Positions 60,045 to 64,000 of a stretch of 64,000 nt of DNA are shown in pieces (within the stretch, counting starts at the first letter, position 1; each line of letters starts with the position of its first letter). The position numbers were made by a program, and so were the translations under genes. Below the pieces are notes generated by a model. The model saw only the letters and a program-made list of their open reading frames with translations. It had not been told where the DNA came from and ran no database searches. The stretch covers positions 1-64,000 of the forward strand of contig CAXHJY010000446.1 in assembly GCA_964016885.1 (NCBI GenBank), in the 5' to 3' direction. This DNA is from Eledone cirrhosa. Lineage: Eukaryota.

Positions 60045-60660
60045 ATCTCTGTCTTTATGTCTGCCTGTCTCCCGGCCTATCTGTCTGTGTGTCTGTCTAC
60101 CTGACTAGCTATCTATCAATCTGTCTATATCTATATATTTCTTTTATACCAGTATATTTCTTATGTGCTATAATTATAGGTATGTGCGTGTATGTAAATG
60201 ATGGCTTTAATATGTTATACTTCTCAATGTCTGCAAATCTGTGCATGTGACATTGTCGTCATTACACTGTCATCAGTCTAATCACTTTATATTATATTCA
60301 TCATCAACGGATTCAATAATTAATAATAATTCCACATGATTAGTCCTAAATTCTCCTATCTCCCAACCAACCAGCCAACCACCCAATCACCTCTTTATAT
60401 CTTAACGTAATTACTACAAGTCACGTCATGTAGTCGGTCTTCTCCAGATATGGCTATGAAGTATTCTGCTTAAGACAATATACAGTAGTTAAAATATAGA
60501 GCAACCCCAATGTCCCGATAGAACTGTAGTGACTCCATTCTATTACATGACCTGTCTTGAGCCTCTTAAATCTAGCATAGTCCATTCTTCTCAAGGTTGG
60601 AACAGAACACAACCCCTGTTTGCTTTCTAGGTTGGAACATCACCCCATTTACCTGGCAGC

Positions 60661-60710
<50 letters not shown>

Positions 60711-60747
60711 GAGAGAACGAGAGAGAACGAGAGAGATAGAGAGAGAT

Positions 60748-60779
<32 letters not shown>

Positions 60780-60911
60780 TGGACAATGTACTGGACTGTT
60801 ATTTTATTTAACGACTTCGAAAGGACGAAAGCCAAAGTTGACCTAGTCGGGATTTGAACTCGGAACGCAGTGAGCCTGTTCAAATATTCAATATTCATTA
60901 TTACAACAATG

Positions 60912-61330
60912 GGATGGATTAGCAGTATTGGTAGAGAGTCGGACACCATGCTTTGCACCATAGAGTTACGGTCCTTTATGATCTGAGTTCAAATCCCGCG
61001 GAGGTTAACGTTGCCTTTCATCCTTACGGGGTAGATAAAATACAGTACCAGTCACGCACTGGGGTCGAGTTAACCGACTTTCCCCTCTACCAAAATTGAT
61101 GGCTTTGTGCTTATATAAGAAAACCATTATTACAACAATGTGCTGGATTGGTAGTATCGGTAGATCATCAGACACCATGCTTTGGAGCAGAGAGTTATGG
61201 CCCATTTACGTTCTGAGTTCAAATCCCACCCAAGTTGACTATAATTTTCATCCTTACAGGGTCGATAAAATAAACTACCATTAATGCACTGGAATAATTG
61301 CTGGTCTTGTGCCAAAATTATAAACAATTA
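60912..61330 (+). mobile_element. Two tandem SINEs (long variant, then short variant)
   Basis: Consensus match; ATTATTACAACAATG occurs before, between and after the copies. Confidence 0.9.
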
Positions 61331-61663
61331 TTACAACAATGAAATAGAGAGCTTTTATTGTTGCACTAGAAACAATAAAAATGACAATCAATTCTCCCTC
61401 AAGTTCTACTCCTGTCTTATCAAATCTTTTCATATAGGGGAAAATAAGTGATTTCTAAACGTGTTATATTTTATCATGAAACACTTATACATAAACTATT
61501 CTTTGGTCATTTTCTGTGTTTCTTTTCCTATCGAAAGACACATCTGTAATCAATTTTATTTGAATTATATATTTTTATTGAACACATTCGTAGTCATTGC
61601 TTCGATTCTCGGATGGATTAAATGCAATATGTCAAGGGCATATTTGTACCCACCCAAACACCC

Positions 61664-61785
<122 letters not shown>

Positions 61786-61803
61786 TACACACATATATAT
61801 CTA

Positions 61804-61845
<42 letters not shown>

Positions 61846-61871
61846 AATTCATAAATATATATCCACACAAA

Positions 61872-61915
<44 letters not shown>

Positions 61916-61936
61916 AATTCATATATATATATATAT

Positions 61937-62072
61937 AGAATCCTGATGATTTCTCAAGAATGAAACAGTTCTAGTCCTGTAGATTATCATCTATATTAAA
62001 ACTTTTATACTCTGCTATGTATTGAGTACCTTACTTACTGTGGTTACCTTCGATTCAACCCGGAATAACTTA
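61937..62072 (+). mobile_element. Short hammerhead-bearing element (Penelope pLTR-like family A) in (TA)n
   Basis: The hammerhead is followed by TCTGCTATGTATTGAGTACC...CTGTGGTT...CGATT(C/G)AACCCGG, which is shared with 4096-4220 and 13321-13442. Flanked by TA repeats. Confidence 0.65.
61938..61995 (+). ncRNA. Type I hammerhead ribozyme (family also at 4096, 13321, 27028)
   Basis: Sequence reads AATC-CTGATGA(61943-61949)-TTTCTCAAGAAT-GAAAC-AG-TTCTAGTC-CT-GTA-GATT. Helix III is ACAG/CTGT, helix I is AATC/GATT, helix II is short (TTC/GAA), and the triplet is GUA. Confidence 0.65.
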
Positions 62073-62349
62073 CCTATATATATATATTATATATATAAAT
62101 CAAGAAAGAAGAGCGACATGGTTTGCTATACAATAAGGGGTTTATTCACATTGCTGGACTACATCTAAGTGGACTACCTATAAGAATAATTTGTTATCCG
62201 GTATATATATATATATATATATTATATATTATATATATATTATATATATATTATATATATATATATATATATTATATATTATATATATATTATATATATA
62301 TTATATATTATATATATATTATATATATATTATATATATATATATATAT

Positions 62350-62410
<61 letters not shown>

Positions 62411-62426
62411 TTTGTGTATATATATA

Positions 62427-62462
<36 letters not shown>

Positions 62463-62481
62463 GAATTTGTGTATATATATA

Positions 62482-62579
<98 letters not shown>

Positions 62580-63003
62580 TATGCCTGAATACGTAATTAT
62601 ATACTTAAATCTATACACATAATATATATACTTATGTATATAAGTATAAATACTCAAGCATTTTCAATATTATAATTTCAAGGATTTCAACAAGTCCCAC
62701 AAGCAATATGTGATATTAAATGTCACAGTAATATGACTTACCATGGGTTATCTGATAATTAACTAGCATGAAAATAATAATAACAATATCTTTTATTCAT
62801 GGAATCATATTCACATATATATATGTAAAGATACACACACACTAACACACACACGGGCACCCACATACATATGTACGTATATATATTCACATATACGTAT
62901 CATGTACACATATATCTATATGTGTGTGTATATATGCATATATATATATATACATATATATTAATCTTCATCCCCCCCCCCTCTCTCTCTCTCTCTCTCT
63001 CCC

Positions 63004-63034
<31 letters not shown>

Positions 63035-63515
63035 TTATATATATACACCCCAAAGAACATATACGCATATGGATATATATATCTATAAATATATAAACTT
63101 CTAAGCTTCATCTTCATCTATATCGCTATAATCCTTTACAACATAGGTTTTATATCATCTCTAACACCAACACACTCTCATCAATCCCATAATGCTGCTG
63201 AAATCATAAACAACATTAGCATAATTAAAAATTATGCATTCTTAAAGATTTTGGAATTCAACCTTAAGGCTGACAATGGGGTGTAAATTATATTCTCTCC
63301 CAGACCCCGCATGAGCTTCTATGCTATCTTGTCCTCATACCCCATATCATCTAACTCTCGCTCGCTCGCTCACATACACACACTGACACACTGCCTCTCT
63401 CTCTCTCTCTCTCAATCTCCCCCACCTATCTCTCTCTTGCTCTCCCTTTTCGTTTTTCTTGTCCGTTTGTCACCGTTTCTCTCACGCTGTCTTCTCCCTA
63501 ACAGTTATTTGAACG

Positions 63516-63546
<31 letters not shown>

Positions 63547-63665
63547 ATATCTATACACACACATATATACTTATATATAAATATTTACATATATGTATAT
63601 ATATATATACATATATATATATATGTATATATATATAGTCAAATATGTATACACACACATATATA

Positions 63666-63712
<47 letters not shown>

Positions 63713-64000
63713 ATGTAAACATGCCGTTGTTTTTGCAATCTTGATGGTTTTTGCGTTAAATTGAGCAGCTGATTTGCAATATTAAAAATTACAATTTTTT
63801 TCAAACTATGTTTTAAAGGCGAAATCTGTTTCAGCATGGTTCCAATATATAGGTCAAATGTGTAATTGAATTTATAGCAGTTGACTGTCTAAGAAATTTC
63901 AACTGAGAATTAAGATTTCCTATGTATTATATATATATTTGTTTATGTTGAAATTATTCTATTCTGCATACAAACATGTACATACACAAACACACATGAA

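Overview
Very AT-rich, microsatellite-saturated eukaryotic DNA. The repeat content suggests an Octopus or related cephalopod intron or intergenic region (inferred, not verified). No host protein-coding gene can be supported, and almost all ORFs in the track are translations of (TA)n, (CA)n, (GA)n, (TACA)n or (GAT)n repeats. The window holds about 25 copies of one tRNA-derived SINE, often stacked at one re-used target site or arranged as inverted pairs. It also has older CORE-type SINEs, two RTE-LINE derivatives, a Tx1/L1-like LINE whose 3' ends sit inside (TCTA)n tracts, a 79-bp mariner-type MITE, and several minisatellites and tandem duplications. The main signal is a set of short elements embedded in (TA)n that fold as type I hammerhead ribozymes (CTGANGA...GAAA...NUH). 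There are at least five unrelated sequence families, at about 29510, 31558, 36291, 43203/43029 and 61938, plus decayed copies. Three of the five have a minimal, self-complementary helix III. Four hammerhead-family insertions are long fold-back palindromes whose apex lies in or just upstream of the ribozyme. This fits solo or inverted pseudo-LTRs of Penelope-like elements, or retrozyme-like non-autonomous RNAs; no Penelope RT/GIY-YIG ORF is visible in the window.
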